A stretch of DNA of 64,000 bases from the NCBI GenBank assembly GCA_010015805.1, contig ML978126.1:682001-746000 (forward strand), given 5' to 3'. The DNA is from Rhizodiscina lignyota. Its lineage: Eukaryota. Positions 1-12,583 of this stretch are shown here, piece after piece. The notes beneath the pieces are model-generated. The model saw only the letters and a list, made by a program, of their open reading frames with translations, ran no database searches and was not told the DNA's origin. A program made the translations under genes and the position numbers. Each line of letters opens with the position of its first letter. Position 1 is the stretch's first letter.

Positions 1-475
1 TCTTATGAAAGCGATTCACACATATGCTTCTGATTTCTACGGAAGTGAGGCCGTACTCAGGGGTAAGACTCGGGCGAAGAGCAAGGATTGGGAAAGCATG
101 GACGAGACTGCTCTGATGGCAATGGGCATCTTGCTTGAAGAGGCAGCGGCAGAAGCGCTCGGCGACTCCGGTTATCTCGCGTTTCTTGAAGAGGATGGCA
201 CGAAAGAAGATGATGCACCGCTAGTATGGAACGGTAGACGCTGGGTGAAGAGTGTGATTCGTAGTAGACGTGAGCATCGTGGCATTGGGGTCGAACCTGA
301 TGGTAGCGAAGATGATGAGCTTCGGGCACAGGATGATGGTGGGGAGATGGAAGACGAAGCGACATCTTCAGATCAAGAAGAGACAGGGGCAGAACAAAAG
401 GGAGACAAGAAACGTAGAGCCCTCCCAATCCTTCGGGCAAAAGCTGGAGGTATGTGGACAGCAATCAATGATTGA
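1..475 (+). CDS. 3' part of a conserved fungal protein, probably RNA Pol I upstream activating factor subunit Rrn10-like (5'-truncated by the window)
   Basis: Frame is open from the window edge: (L)MKAIHTYASDFY...WESMDETALMAMGILLEE resembles the UAF Rrn10 family motif as I recall it. Acidic tail follows. Confidence 0.5.
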   Translation, partial: LMKAIHTYASDFYGSEAVLRGKTRAKSKDWESMDETALMAMGILLEEAAAEALGDSGYLAFLEEDGTKEDDAPLVWNGRRWVKSVIRSRREHRGIGVEPDGSEDDELRAQDDGGEMEDEATSSDQEETGAEQKGDKKRRALPILRAKAGGMWTAIND

Positions 476-797
476 AGGAGGGAACCATCAGTCCACTGCT
501 CTTGATGCGTGTTCTCTTCAGTTAATGCAGGCGGCGTGCGTTGGAGCCGTGGATTTTCAACAAATACTCTCCGAAGCATATTGAACCATGCTATTAAAGA
601 TGTTCTCGATTGTGTTGAAGAGCAGTGCTCGGTCACACGTTAAGGTACCGTCTCGTCTGGATTAGACGTGTCTTGGCACGGCTTTGGTCCTTAAAGAAGA
701 TGGATGCACGGCGCGTCCAGTGCTGTCCATCAAAGAACGACCAAGTGAACCGGAAATTTCATCCACATTCGGTTCCATTACGTATATTGAGAATACA

Positions 798-1520
798 ATG
801 GTAAACTCCCAAAGAAATATTGATGAAATTGCCTATGTTGCTGACGTTTGAGACCAACAGGCACCCAAGTCCTTACCATCTGCTGCGAAGCAGGCCATCA
901 TCCACAACTACTTCCTCAAATCTGGTGTCGCACACAGTATTAAAGACCTCGAGAAGGCTCTTCCATCCGTTGCGTCCATCAATGGCATGCAAGTTAAGGA
1001 CTTTCTGCAAGCACTTACCGACGACAACAAAATTAATGTCGAGAAGATTGGCAGCGGAAACTGGTACTGGGCATTCCTTAGCGAGGCGAAGAAGGACAAA
1101 GAAAATCTGCACGCAAAAGCCACTGATGAACGGGAAAAGGCTGCTGTTGTTGTGTCAGACCTTCAGGCGAAGGTCGATGAAGCTGGCGTGGCCCGTGAAG
1201 AAGACGAAGACATGCTGCTAGAGTCTGGCAATGATAGGAAGTGCTTGACGACAAAGCACGCTGGTCTGACGAAAGAGCTGGAGCCGCTGAAGGTGGAGCT
1301 TGCCGGATACAGCGAGAATGATCCGATTGAGGTGGAAAAGAAGCGACAGCGAACAGAAGCTTCGAAAAGGGATGCGGAAAAGTGGACAGAGCAGATCCAG
1401 TGTATGGAAGGTTATATTAAGGGTCTGATAGGGGGTGATCGGGAACAGCTATTGAACATGAAGAGGAACTGGTACGGCGACCAGTTCGATGAGGAAGAGC
1501 AGGGTCTGAAGGAGCTCTGA
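798..1520 (+). CDS. MND1: Meiotic nuclear division protein 1 (Mnd1)
   Basis: ATG 798-800, intron 801-860 (GTAAAC..GCTGAC..CAG), then APKSLPSAAKQAII...IKDLEKALPSVASINGMQVKDFLQALTDDNKINVEKIGSGNWYWAF (Mnd1 winged helix) and a coiled coil. Confidence 0.92.
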
Positions 1521-2146
1521 ACTCATTCAACAGGCACAGTCTTCCCCGGAACAGCAGATGCTTGGAAACGATGTGATTCGTCTCTTAAGGGACGAAGTTT
1601 CCCACGTCATCAATGACTGACTGGGCAGAGGAGAGTTGCAGGCTACCTCTTTTGCTGTCTCGTTTTCAGATTCGAGTCATACATGTACGAGATAGGTTAT
1701 TAGAAGTGCGCACCTTCTTGTTCAGGCGTCTGCGGTGAGGTTCTATGACTCTGATCAAACGCCGAATATGGCCTGCGCCACAGTGTGCCTGGGTGTATCA
1801 AGCTGAGTGACAAATCACACGGCGAAGCTCCAGACATTTCCACGGAAGCTCTAGCTGCCCCATTACTTGCCAAAGCGCTTGACTCAGCATTCATATTGAT
1901 TGTCCTTATGATAGAGTTTGCCACGGCCCAAAGCTGAAATTTGTACCTGTCAATCTTGCACGTTGTGCCACAAACGAAAATCCCCCACTTCGCGCACAAA
2001 CCCCACGATCTCTCATCTAACGAACTTCAACACTTACTGCATATCTCCTTTGCGCCATTGTGACAGCTATATCGCTGCTTCCTTTGCCCTTCGAAGAAAT
2101 TCCCACCTTGCCTCCATCCAATTGCTCCCGCCAACGCTCACCTACG

Positions 2147-4710
2147 ATGGCGTCCACATCCGAAGTTTCAATACCGCCTGGCGCACCCGTAGACCCAGTC
2201 CACCCAAATCCATCACGCGGTCGAGGAAGAGGTGGACACGGTGCTGGTAGAGGAGCAGAATCGTCTGGCAATAACTCTGGGCAAGGCGAAAGAGGCAGAA
2301 GCAGGGGAGGTAGAGGACGCGGTGGGGGCAGAAGTCGTGGAGGGTTCGAACACGACTATCGTGGCCGCGAAGCCGCACACACTCGGCCATCTGGAGGTCC
2401 TGGAAGACAATTTGGAGGCCAATTGACGGAGCAGAGTGCCAATACCAATGGGAGGGGGCTTCTTAAGGGGCAAGGGGTCAGTGGAGAGGCGCCCGCAGAG
2501 GAGGACGTAGATGCAGAAGTGTGCTTTATCTGCGCATCTCCGGTGGTTCATAACGCCATTTCGCCCTGCAATCATAGGACGTGCCATATCTGTGCACTAA
2601 GGCTGAGAGCCTTGTACAAGACCAAGGCTTGTGCGCACTGCAGGGTAAGTGTCTTCCCCCTCACAAATGAGAATGAGATTTACTAACAGCATTGAAGACG
2701 AATGCCGACTATGTCATTTTCACCGATTCGCCAGATAAACGCTACGAAGATTTTACAAACGATGACTTTACGAATACTGATGACAATCTTGGCATCAGAT
2801 ACGAGAAGACCGACATATTCGAAGATACGGTCCTGTTGTTACGGTACAACTGTCCGGACCCTAGTTGCGATGTTGCTTGCCTCGGGTGGCCCGATCTTCA
2901 TAGACACGTCAAAAGTGTGCACCACAAGGTCATGTGCGATCTGTGTACGAGAAATAAGAAAGTATTCACACATGAGCATGAGCTTTTCACTCAGAATGAG
3001 CTAAGGAAGCATGAGAGGTTCGGCGACGACAATCCCGGCGCAGAAGACCAGACGGGGTTCAAAGGCCACCCTGAGTGCGGGTTCTGTCGAGAACGTTTTT
3101 ATGGAGATGACGAGCTTTATGCACACTGTCGAGACAAGCATGAGCGATGTCACATTTGCGACCGTCGAGATGGTGGCAGATCTCAGCAATATTATGTTGA
3201 TTACAATTCGTTGGAGGTTCATTTCCGAAAAGACCACTTCCTCTGCCCCGATCAGGAGTGTCTGGAAAAGAAGTTTGTCGTTTTCGAGAACGAGGTGGAC
3301 CTTAAGGCACATCAATTAGAAGCACACCCGAACGGTCTCACCAAAGATGCAAGGCGGGATGCGCGACGTGTCGATATGTCAGGATTCCAATTTCGTGAGC
3401 AGTATCAGCAAGACAATCGCCGTGGAGGTCGCGGTGGTGGAGGCCGTGGTGGTAGAGGCCGCGGACGTCATCCTGACTCTGAACCGCTACCTCAATCAAC
3501 TGCTCAACCCATGCGACGCGATGAACTTGCATACCAGCGTACAATGGCGATTCAGAGCGCCCAGTCGGTCTCAAATCGGTCCTTCGGTGGGCAACTTACA
3601 CCTGCGGAGACTTATGCTGCTCGGCCTCCTGCGCAAGCTGGCAGCCCACCTACTGTCACTGCAACTAGAAGCACTGCTACGGCGAATGAGGACGGGTTTC
3701 CGTCCCTCAGTTCACTCAACATCTCCAACAGTACGTCCGCACCTTCATCACCACCCCAACAAGCAGCGACTCTCACCCCAGCCGAACAAGCCCGTCGTCT
3801 TCGTCATAATGCAGTGACCGAGCGCGCTTCACAACTCCTTCGCGGCGACTCTGCCAAACTGAATCAGTTCCGGACACGCATCTCAGATTACAAATCTTCC
3901 AAAATTACCCCGTCTCAGCTGATCGATGCATTCTTCACCCTCTTCGATACCGGTTCTACGGAGCTCGGTAAGTTGGTGAAAGAGCTTGCCGACATATTCG
4001 AGTTACCAAAGAAGAAAGAAGATCTCCTGAATGCATGGAACAATTGGAAAGCTATTAATGAAGACTATCCAAGTCTACCAGGTCCGACTGGTGTACCTGC
4101 GGGCTCGTCTGCAAACCCAAGCTCATTGGGAAGCGGGGGTATGCGCGTCCTGAAGCTGAAGAGCTCAACAGCTCAATCGGGTCGCTCTGGCCTTGGTCGA
4201 CAGCAGAGCTGGGGTTCGGCTGCGAGCAGTGGGAGCGGCGGTGGAACGTTAAACTTTCCGCCCCTTGGGGCTCCCATTGGGGCTCCAGCCCAACCTGTAA
4301 CTGCCAGCAGAGCTCGTCCGGCATGGTGGGCCAACGCAACAAGCGGGTCTTCGAATACTGCGGATACCAAAGTCGTGGTATCGTCGCGTAACTCGCCCGC
4401 GACTTCGGGGGCTCCCAGTAGGACCGCGACACCGAGGATGAATAGCAGCGAGGCTTTCCCGGCGCTTCCAGCGGCCGCGAAGCCGACCAGCACATACTTC
4501 AGCCCTGGGTATGCAGGAGGTGCCGTGAGGCGAGATGTCGGCTTTGGCGGGGCACCGAGGCCAAATACAGGGAACGTATGGGGAGCCAGTGGTGCTACTG
4601 CAAACGGTAGTAATGCGACTACGGGAGTTGAGGACGCGGTGGAAGAGAGCGTGGGAGGAAAGAAGAAAGGTAAACAGGGAAAAAAGCAGACGCTCATGAA
4701 ATTCGGCTGA
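2147..4710 (+). CDS. HEL2: RING/C2H2 E3 ubiquitin ligase Hel2/ZNF598 (ribosome quality control)
   Basis: RGG-rich N-terminus, RING CFICA...CNHRTCHICALRLRALYKTKACAHCR, intron 2645-2697, C2H2 array including FKGHPECGFC and HERCHIC, C-terminal KKKGKQGKKQTL. Confidence 0.93.
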
Positions 4711-7347
4711 GATGGCGGCGATTCCTATGTGCCGATCCATCGTGTTCGGTTTGGAGTTATCAATATCAACGACAGGGAGCACCAGTGGAGCACTGCCTTC
4801 AAACTTGCCGTCGATGTCGTTCGGCGTACTCATAATATGTGCAAGCAGAAACAATATGAGGAAGGCATTTGCTAAAAGGCTCACTGTGCTACCAGAGTGT
4901 CTCAAGACATCTTGTCAATTAGATAGTAGTATGGTATGTATCAGAATATCCAATGCCACTGATGGCCTTGGCCGAACCAAACAAAGCTCCTCTGTACAAC
5001 TCACCGCTCTGGAAAACTTCTACCGCAATCCTCAGGCTTCACTACTGCGTCCTCCACGTGGGGCGAATATCTCACGTTCCCCTTGTGACGATCTCGGAGT
5101 ATGAAGTGTGCCCGTCAGTATGCACAAAACCACGATCATCACCATCCTGCATCCGTAGTAACCTCCACCACCAGACGCCCACTGGACGCCTTAGAAAACT
5201 TTAAAATGGAGATACGCCACGATAATGCATGCATGCTCGGATCTCGGACAGAGGCCGTCTTGAGGCTCGTGGAGTGTCTCACATTGCGCAATCGACGATT
5301 TACGGCCGTCCATTTGACATGTTTTCGTACAAGTCCATGGATGTCAGCATGACTCGAGCACGAGGCGTTCGCGAGACTCGAGTTCCAGGCGTGCGGCGAC
5401 CCACGAGCTTGCAGAATTCCAGTGACCTGGCAAGCCACAAGACCCAGAAGAGACGCGTTCGCTGCTCCACCGCACTACGTCGGCTCGCTCTTGATATCAC
5501 AAATCCTCCACTCCAAGAGTTCCACTTTTGTTGCGTACATGCCCTAAGTCGAATGATTTCCGGCCGCTGATCTTACGGGATATTCTTGACCGTGGATGGA
5601 CCAACGTGCGGACAAGGCGCTAAGGAAAAGGATCATAAGGTTCTGCATGGGGGAAAGACGGAAGCCCGTTTTAGCCAGTCCTTGGGAGAGGTTGGAGGCA
5701 CGGAAGAGTTGCTACAACCGAATCCGGCATGCGGGATTTCTGAACGACGGAATCGGCAAGTAGTTATAATGTCAAGCCAGATTACCTTTTCAGCATCGCG
5801 GGGATTTAAGATTCGTTCGATCTCGTGCGAGTGGGAGTTGTCTTGGGAGCATAATCTCGCTAAGGTCGAGGAGGCTTTTCTGTCGCTCAACCTGTCGAAC
5901 GGTGGTGTACCCACGCATTCAGATGCGAGAGAAGCCACTTCACAGCTGCCGCTGAGATTGAACGACCTTTCATTCTTGTTAGCACTCAGCTGCATTTCAT
6001 CGACCCCATCCTGACATTATATCGACTGCCGCGAAATGGCGGTGCGTAACCCAACTGAATGGATCGCATATGCGGCGGAACGGCTCCAACTGCGCTGATT
6101 CGCTGTCCAGCCAGATTTACCCCGAGCTCTACTCCAGGCTATGCCCTGATAGGAGGCTCAGAAGAGATGATTGGCCTGTGGCAGAAAAGCAGCTCGGCAT
6201 TTTTCTCTGTCGTCACCGCGTCCGCGTAGAGCGGGAGGCCAAAAGCCAGGCACGGGAAGTGGAGTCTTGTCTTTTTCCATGAGGTTGTTTTTCTGTGGCT
6301 TGAGAAACCTAAAAAGCCGCCGTTGATAGTGGCAAGGGTAAGCTGGCATCGTTCGGCGGACGTGGAGCTTGCTTTTGCCAGGCCCTGCTGCAGGAGCTGC
6401 GCGATTGGGAAGGCTCTTGTGTGAGTATACATATACGTGGGACCTCCTGTGAGATTCGTCCCATCTTTCGTCTTCATCCGCCCAAGCTACGAAGCGGTCC
6501 TAGAGAGCTTGTGTCGCACCTTTCAAGCGGGTCTGCTGTCTTGTCCCGCGCCAAGGAAGAGGCACGAGTGAGCTCCTGCTGGGGAACCTGGAGCTGTGAG
6601 CACCGCATCCCTCCATTGCTACTCCTCTGCATCTTCCCATATCCACTTCCACGCCGTCTTCACTGCTCTGCAACGTTCCCGGGCATCAGTGCCTAAGTGC
6701 TCTCTCTCAATTGACGCCATCTAGCGCCACTGCGATCCGCTCGCCGACCTAGCGCATACCGTTTCCGGTAGATTCGGCGCGTTTGCGACTACATCCAAAG
6801 CCGCACCATCAACCTTCTGCGCCTGTCACGACATCTTTTGGTCCCTTGCAACTCTCTGCCTGCTCAGAAACCTGGGTAATTCTCCGCCTCACGAATTCGC
6901 CATCTTGGGTTGCACGACACCGCTGCTAAGGACTTGGTTCGTCCCAACGCCGCAGTTCGAGACCTACTTGTACCACCTCTCATCCCGAGTCTGCAGCTCT
7001 CCAACCTCGTCCAATAGCAATTATTGCACCATAAGCTTCGCGCGGGGATATAACAAAGTGAAGTGGGAGAGGAATTAGGCCTCGATTACTCCACGTATTG
7101 CCCATTGCGCTGCTTTGGCGTCAAGAGGGTTGCAGTCGGAGTCGAGCAATTGAGCTGCTGCGTGCAGGATTGCAATTGGTGAATATTCCAATTGGGATAT
7201 ATACAAGAGCAGAGCTTGAAGTTTCTTCATTTGGAATCGCTCACGCGCGATTCGTGCTTTCCCTGCCGTTTCTGCCGCTGCGCAGCGAGACCGTTTGGAG
7301 GAGCGCATCCACACTTTCGCCTATAAATCCACCGTTTCTCTCTTACC

Positions 7348-8742
7348 ATGTACCCTCGACGCGATCAACCACAGCCGATACCAAACTTGGCCCAAAATCC
7401 ATCTCAATCATCGCCGTCAAGGGGCGACCCATCACAATCTCAACACATGAATATGCATCCATCGAATAGCGGCGCTCCATATGGCGCGCAACCTCACCAC
7501 GCGAACGGTTCGTCGACTATGGCGCTGCCGGAGGGTACAGTGTGGCAGAACGACCAAGCAAGGAGAATGGGGACGGTAGACCATCCGTTGTCAGTGCACA
7601 AAGATGGAAGGCGATACACGTAAGCTTTCTTGATTCGACTGTAGACTTGACTTTTTATGCGACGATGATTCTAATCGCAATTGCAGTTTATCCGTCGAGC
7701 AACAGCCCGTTCGCGCACGCATGTGCGGCTTCGGTGACAAGGACCGACGTCCCATCACCCCTCCGCCATGCATTCGACTTATCATCAGAGACATGGCCAC
7801 CGGCCAAGAAATCGATCCTGCCGAAATCGATAGCACGTATTTCGTCCTGACCGTCGACCTATGGAACGACCAAGGCGATCAAGAAGTCAACCTCGTCCGA
7901 TCCTCAAGTCATGCATCTGCCGTCTCAATATCCGCCACAGCGACCACACCATATCCTCCTCCTCCAGAGAGACATCTTGTCCGCGTTGACATGGCCGTCC
8001 CCAGTCAGGGCTATACGCCGCAGCCAATCCCTGGTGCACAATACCCAATGGCACCATTGCCTGGATATCCTGGCGGTCCACATACGCTATCTCCACATCA
8101 TCATCCCGCAGATCCGCACCAACAACACTACCAGACGCATCCACAAGCTCCAACTCATGCGAACCCTTATGGCCAACCACCTCCTCCACCTGGCCATCCC
8201 GCATCCATGATACCTCCGATGATGCAGACTGGTCCACCACAACCCGTGCCGCAAGCACCCCCTGGCTACATGGTGCAGGTCCAGAGTGTCGCGTCCCATG
8301 CACCTGCCAGCGGTATGTTTACTCGCAACCTGATCGGCAGCTTGAGCGTAAACGCATTTAAGCTCGTAGACACAGAGGGCAAGACAGGCTTCTGGTTCGT
8401 GCTGCAGGATCTCAGCGTCCGAACAGAAGGCTTCTTCAGGTAAGCCATTACTACGTCAAGCACTATCTATTTGCGTGCGCTATACTGATACATCTCAGAC
8501 TCAAGATGAACTTTGTCGACGTCGGCACTAACGACGGCAGTAATCGTCTCACGACTGGCAAAGCGCCCGTCTTGGCTAGCTGCTTTAGCAATGTCTTCCA
8601 GGTGTACAGCGCCAAGAAGTTCCCAGGCGTGATTGAAAGTACCCCCTTGAGCAAGGCGTTTGCCAGCCAGGGAATTAAGATACCGATTCGCAAGGATGGA
8701 CCGAAGACAGCCAATGCGGAGGAGTATGAAAATGATGATTAG
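7348..8742 (+). CDS. velB: Velvet-domain regulator VelB
   Basis: Three exons (introns 7620-7686, 8440-8498). Split velvet domain: [28 protein letters not shown], a Pro/Gln-rich insert, then FTRNLIGSL...[12 protein letters not shown]...[31 protein letters not shown]. Start could also be a downstream ATG. Confidence 0.92.
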
Positions 8743-9751
8743 GCAAGAGTAGACCCCGCGCACGGTGCACGCAGCGCCACAGCATAGAGATAGTCGATAT
8801 TGAACACAGTTCTCATGCAGCGCACTTGCATTTCATACGCCATGAGGAGACATGTGGAAGAATGCTGCGAATGTAGATGTGCGTGTTGCAGGCAAGAGAG
8901 ACGGAGAAGCCATGGAAACTACACTGGGCAGAGGCGTAAGAGCCAATGTCCTGTGTGGAGGAAGAACATCTCGAGGATGGGGAAGTACGACGCATGCGAC
9001 GAGGAGGTGGACCCTACTGAAGGAACTGCGATTGGCTGTCAGGCGAAATTGGCGCCACTGTGTGTGGGGAATAGAAGTACGGCCGTACGCAATCAAGGCG
9101 GTCGTGGAGGAAGCGCACTCCGCAAGAAAAGAAGGGTTATTGTTGATTGAGGCGATGTTGCAACAACAAGTCAGAAGGTCAGAAGAACGAACATCCATGA
9201 TTGAAGTAATGTTAGATTTACTATGAGCTTTCAGTAGAGAAATGTCAGTCTGTGCTTAAAGCAATGCTAAAGCAACCATGCTCGGAGATCTGAAGAATGG
9301 TTTTCGATAATCGAATCAATGCTCCAGTAATATTACTCTCCAGTGTTTACGGAAAGGCCTGTTTTCACCAATCCCCGACTTTATTTGCCAATGGACCCCC
9401 TCGAACTTGGATGGAAAAACCTTTCGCTTAGGAGGAGAACATGCTTGAGGGGGATTAAGTGTGAGTAATTCCGCATCGTCCAGAACTGTTTCCGCTACTT
9501 CCATTGATTGCTTATTTGTAGGCAAAATGGCATATCCCTAAGAACTACGACAACGAACGCAAGCGCCGCGGCGCGCCTCAAATGATTACGACCACGAGCG
9601 TTCGGAACATGTACCGGGGACCAATTCTGGGCAGGAAGAAGCAGAAGCAGAAGAAATGGTAGATGCAGTGAGTCAAATTACTATATCAATTATGGACTGC
9701 ATTGAAATCAGCTGTTTGGTATTAAGCGGAATCCACAGTGAAAATGGAACT

Positions 9752-10312
9752 TCAAGCAGTAGCATGGTCAACCTCGACGTCCTTGTGCTCTACCTTCGCC
9801 TCTTCAGCCTTTGGAACCACGAGGGACAACAGGCCAGATGAGAGCTTCGCCTTCAACTTTTCCCGATCCACTGCCACGGGAAACTCGAAGGCCCTGACCA
9901 GAGTCCCTATCTCCCTCTCGCGAACAAGCTGATGAACGGCAGTCTCAGGCTCCCCTTCCTTCGGAGCTTCCGCGCCAGCTTCTGGCGCCTCTTTGATCTC
10001 GCTGCGTTCCTTCGTTGCTTCCACAATCAAGGTGCTGCCGCTTAGCCACTTGACTTTGAGATGCTCTTGCGACTGTACGCCGGGCAGCTCGACGTCGACG
10101 TAGTAGTTGTGGAGAGTTTCGCGGATGTCGGCGCGAGGCGCCGGTATCTGGTTTGGAGGAGTGAAGGCATTATGGATGCCATGCGCAAGGCTGTGCCGAG
10201 CGTGCTCTAAAGCATGATGGTGCTCCGGAAAGCTCTTGTGTACAGATGTGATGGTGTATGGAGGAGGAGCGTAGTAGACCGGATACCAATTCATGTTGTC
10301 CATGTAGACCAT
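9752..10312 (-). CDS. Small heat shock protein (HSP20/alpha-crystallin family)
   Basis: PRADIRET..YYVDVELPGV...EREIGTLVRAFEFPVAVDREKLKAKLSSGLLSLVVPK alpha-crystallin domain; intronless. Confidence 0.9.
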   Translation of the reverse strand: MVYMDNMNWYPVYYAPPPYTITSVHKSFPEHHHALEHARHSLAHGIHNAFTPPNQIPAPRADIRETLHNYYVDVELPGVQSQEHLKVKWLSGSTLIVEATKERSEIKEAPEAGAEAPKEGEPETAVHQLVREREIGTLVRAFEFPVAVDREKLKAKLSSGLLSLVVPKAEEAKVEHKDVEVDHATA

Positions 10313-10485
10313 AGATGTTTTGGTTGTTTTCGATTGTTTTCGAAACTCAATTGATTGATGAGACGGATTGAAAGTTGCTTGCGATTTTTGTGAGCTCCAG
10401 CGCGTATTACGCCATTATGTACTTTTTTTCGCGCGTTCTCGCGTCAAGCGGACGCGAACGTCACGAGAGTAGTATGTCCCCGCAG

Positions 10486-10500
10486 CTTCAGGAAGGTTCC
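10486..10500. promoter_or_regulatory. Heat shock element (HSE) upstream of the sHSP gene
   Basis: cTTCagGAAggTTCc is a perfect three-unit nTTCnnGAAnnTTCn, about 175-190 bp upstream of the sHSP start codon. Confidence 0.7.
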
Positions 10501-11940
10501 CTTGAAGCCGTACTGTGAAATGGTTAGAGATAATGCATTCATCTGCTGATACTGGGCTGAGTAATTGCGAATCAGGAGTTGTCACTCCACCAGAAGTGGA
10601 TCAGGCGATGGGCCAGCCCACTCAGCGGCTGCGACGGAAGTCAGACCCCTGCAGGCTGCTCGCGCAGCTTGCTGGCCTGCCAGTAGCAATGCATCCATTT
10701 CTCATATACGCACCTAGAGTCCAATGGCCATCGAGTACCAATTGCAAGTCCGTCACTCTCTCAAACTCGAAATTTCATTGTGGTTAAACATTTATTACAC
10801 GCTATGTGGGATTTTCGAAGCCTACTCCATGAAGTCCGCTCCAAGACAATTGCAAACGCTTGAAGTACGCGATGACTCTTTCCTTTTCCTCCCTCAGTAT
10901 CGCGCAGACGCGAGCGTGCCCATCCGGGCAGGATGTTACCAAGCGTTGTATTCGAGGCCAAGCCTTGTCATATATGACGACGTGCCGGTCGCACATGATA
11001 TTCAGATACTCCCCAATTTGCCACTTGCAGAGTCCCGAACACATTCCATCCACCTCCGGCTCCGCCCACCTTAACCTTCTTTACAATTCTGGACTGCTGA
11101 CTCGACCACTTTACATGGGTAGGTCTGTCAACACGGGCTGAGAGGAGTAGTAGGATAGTTTCTGGAGATGCTGGTGGCTCGGATCCAATGTCGTCTGTAC
11201 GACAGAGTACATTAGGTCCTCTACCATTGTGCCTTTGGTCATGAGAGGCCGATGATTGTTCTCTTTCATGTTAAATAATAACGAGTTGAAGAAGAAATAT
11301 CCAACGATCGAAGTCATTGAGGTGGGGGTCGTTTATATTCAATCTCATCCCTCAGAGCCCCTTGTCGCGGGAAGTTGCGCATCTTCTTTGGAGTGTATAC
11401 TATCACAGCAACAATTTTGGAAAACTTGAGGCTATATTAGAAATGGAGGCCATACACTCAAGCTGCCGGGTAAAGTTGTAACGAATAAGGGCAAGTAGAT
11501 CTTGCTCTTTGAGCCAAGCGAGAGCCTATCTGAAAGTTCGGTTCTGCATCCTTTGGAGCGTCACGCCGTAGCTGTTCAGTGTTTTGAAAGTTGCAGCTGC
11601 TCATATTCCACTTCACTTTCTGCTGATCCTGCTTGTGTTCTCACTCCTACCTGACTTGAGGGGACTGATTGCATCTCCGGACCGACCGCTGTAGGTGTCA
11701 TTGGTAGAATCGCCGGCGTTGGGCGGTTCAGGAGTTCAGTGTTCTTAGCGAATATCTGGCGTTCATGGTGGAATTTTTCATACGAGTATTGATGTGAGGC
11801 TATATGTAAAGGAATGAAAGCGATGGCGATGAGGATGGGGAAGGAGTTGAGAAAGAAAGGTTCCAAGAGCCGGAACAAACTGAAGCGGAGGGGCCTTTAT
11901 CTACTGGTAGAGCAACTCTGGAACTCGACTCTTGGAGAGA

Positions 11941-12130
11941 GATGCCTGAGGAAACTGACGATTGATTGTAAATGGGCGTTCTCGTACGAGTGAAGCACCT
12001 CTTAAAATCAAATCTTGGAGATGGATTGTGAATGGGTGTTCTTGTGTGAGTGAAGCCGCCTTCAAAGTCAAATCCTCACGCGGTGGAGTGATGCCTGATG
12101 GAGCCTACGACCGATTGTGAATACCGTGTT
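11941..12130. repeat. Degenerate direct repeats (60-bp and ~150-bp periods)
   Basis: gattgtRaatgggYgttctYgtRYgagtgaagc...tcaaatc at 11964 and 12024; partial copy at 12113; gatgcctga at 11941 and 12090. Confidence 0.7.
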
Positions 12131-12569
12131 AAATGAAACCCAAAATATTACCGAGTTTCCGGAGCCTGAAAACCTTATCTCTACAGCGGTGATACTATCG
12201 ATAGGGCTTTTGGTGGGCCTTAGCATACCGAATCTGAAAGCACGGTTAGTGTTGACTTCGCCGCGTTTGAGCTGAGCGCACTTGATCAGGACTGCGGCAC
12301 TCGTTAGGATTAGATGAAGGCAACCTCTTCTAACCCACCTTCTCGTCTTTGTCTGAGTGCAGCTAAGCACCTTAAAACAAGAACCTCTTGAATACTCGGG
12401 AACCACAGTAAAGGACCAGTACGGGCTAGAAAATGCAGCAGAGCAGCCTCAGCTCGGCACCAGCTCGCACCAGTGCTTCAACCGCGCCACACACAGCACA
12501 ACAAACCCCAAAAAAAATTAAAAATTGAGATTCGTCGATATACAACCGTAAAGGGATTAAATGAACACC

Positions 12570-12577
12570 AAAAAAAA
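12570..12577 (-). terminator. RNA polymerase III terminator (T8) of tRNA-Arg
   Basis: Run of 8 T on the minus strand 6 nt after the tRNA discriminator base. Confidence 0.75.
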
Positions 12578-12583
12578 TTGTTA

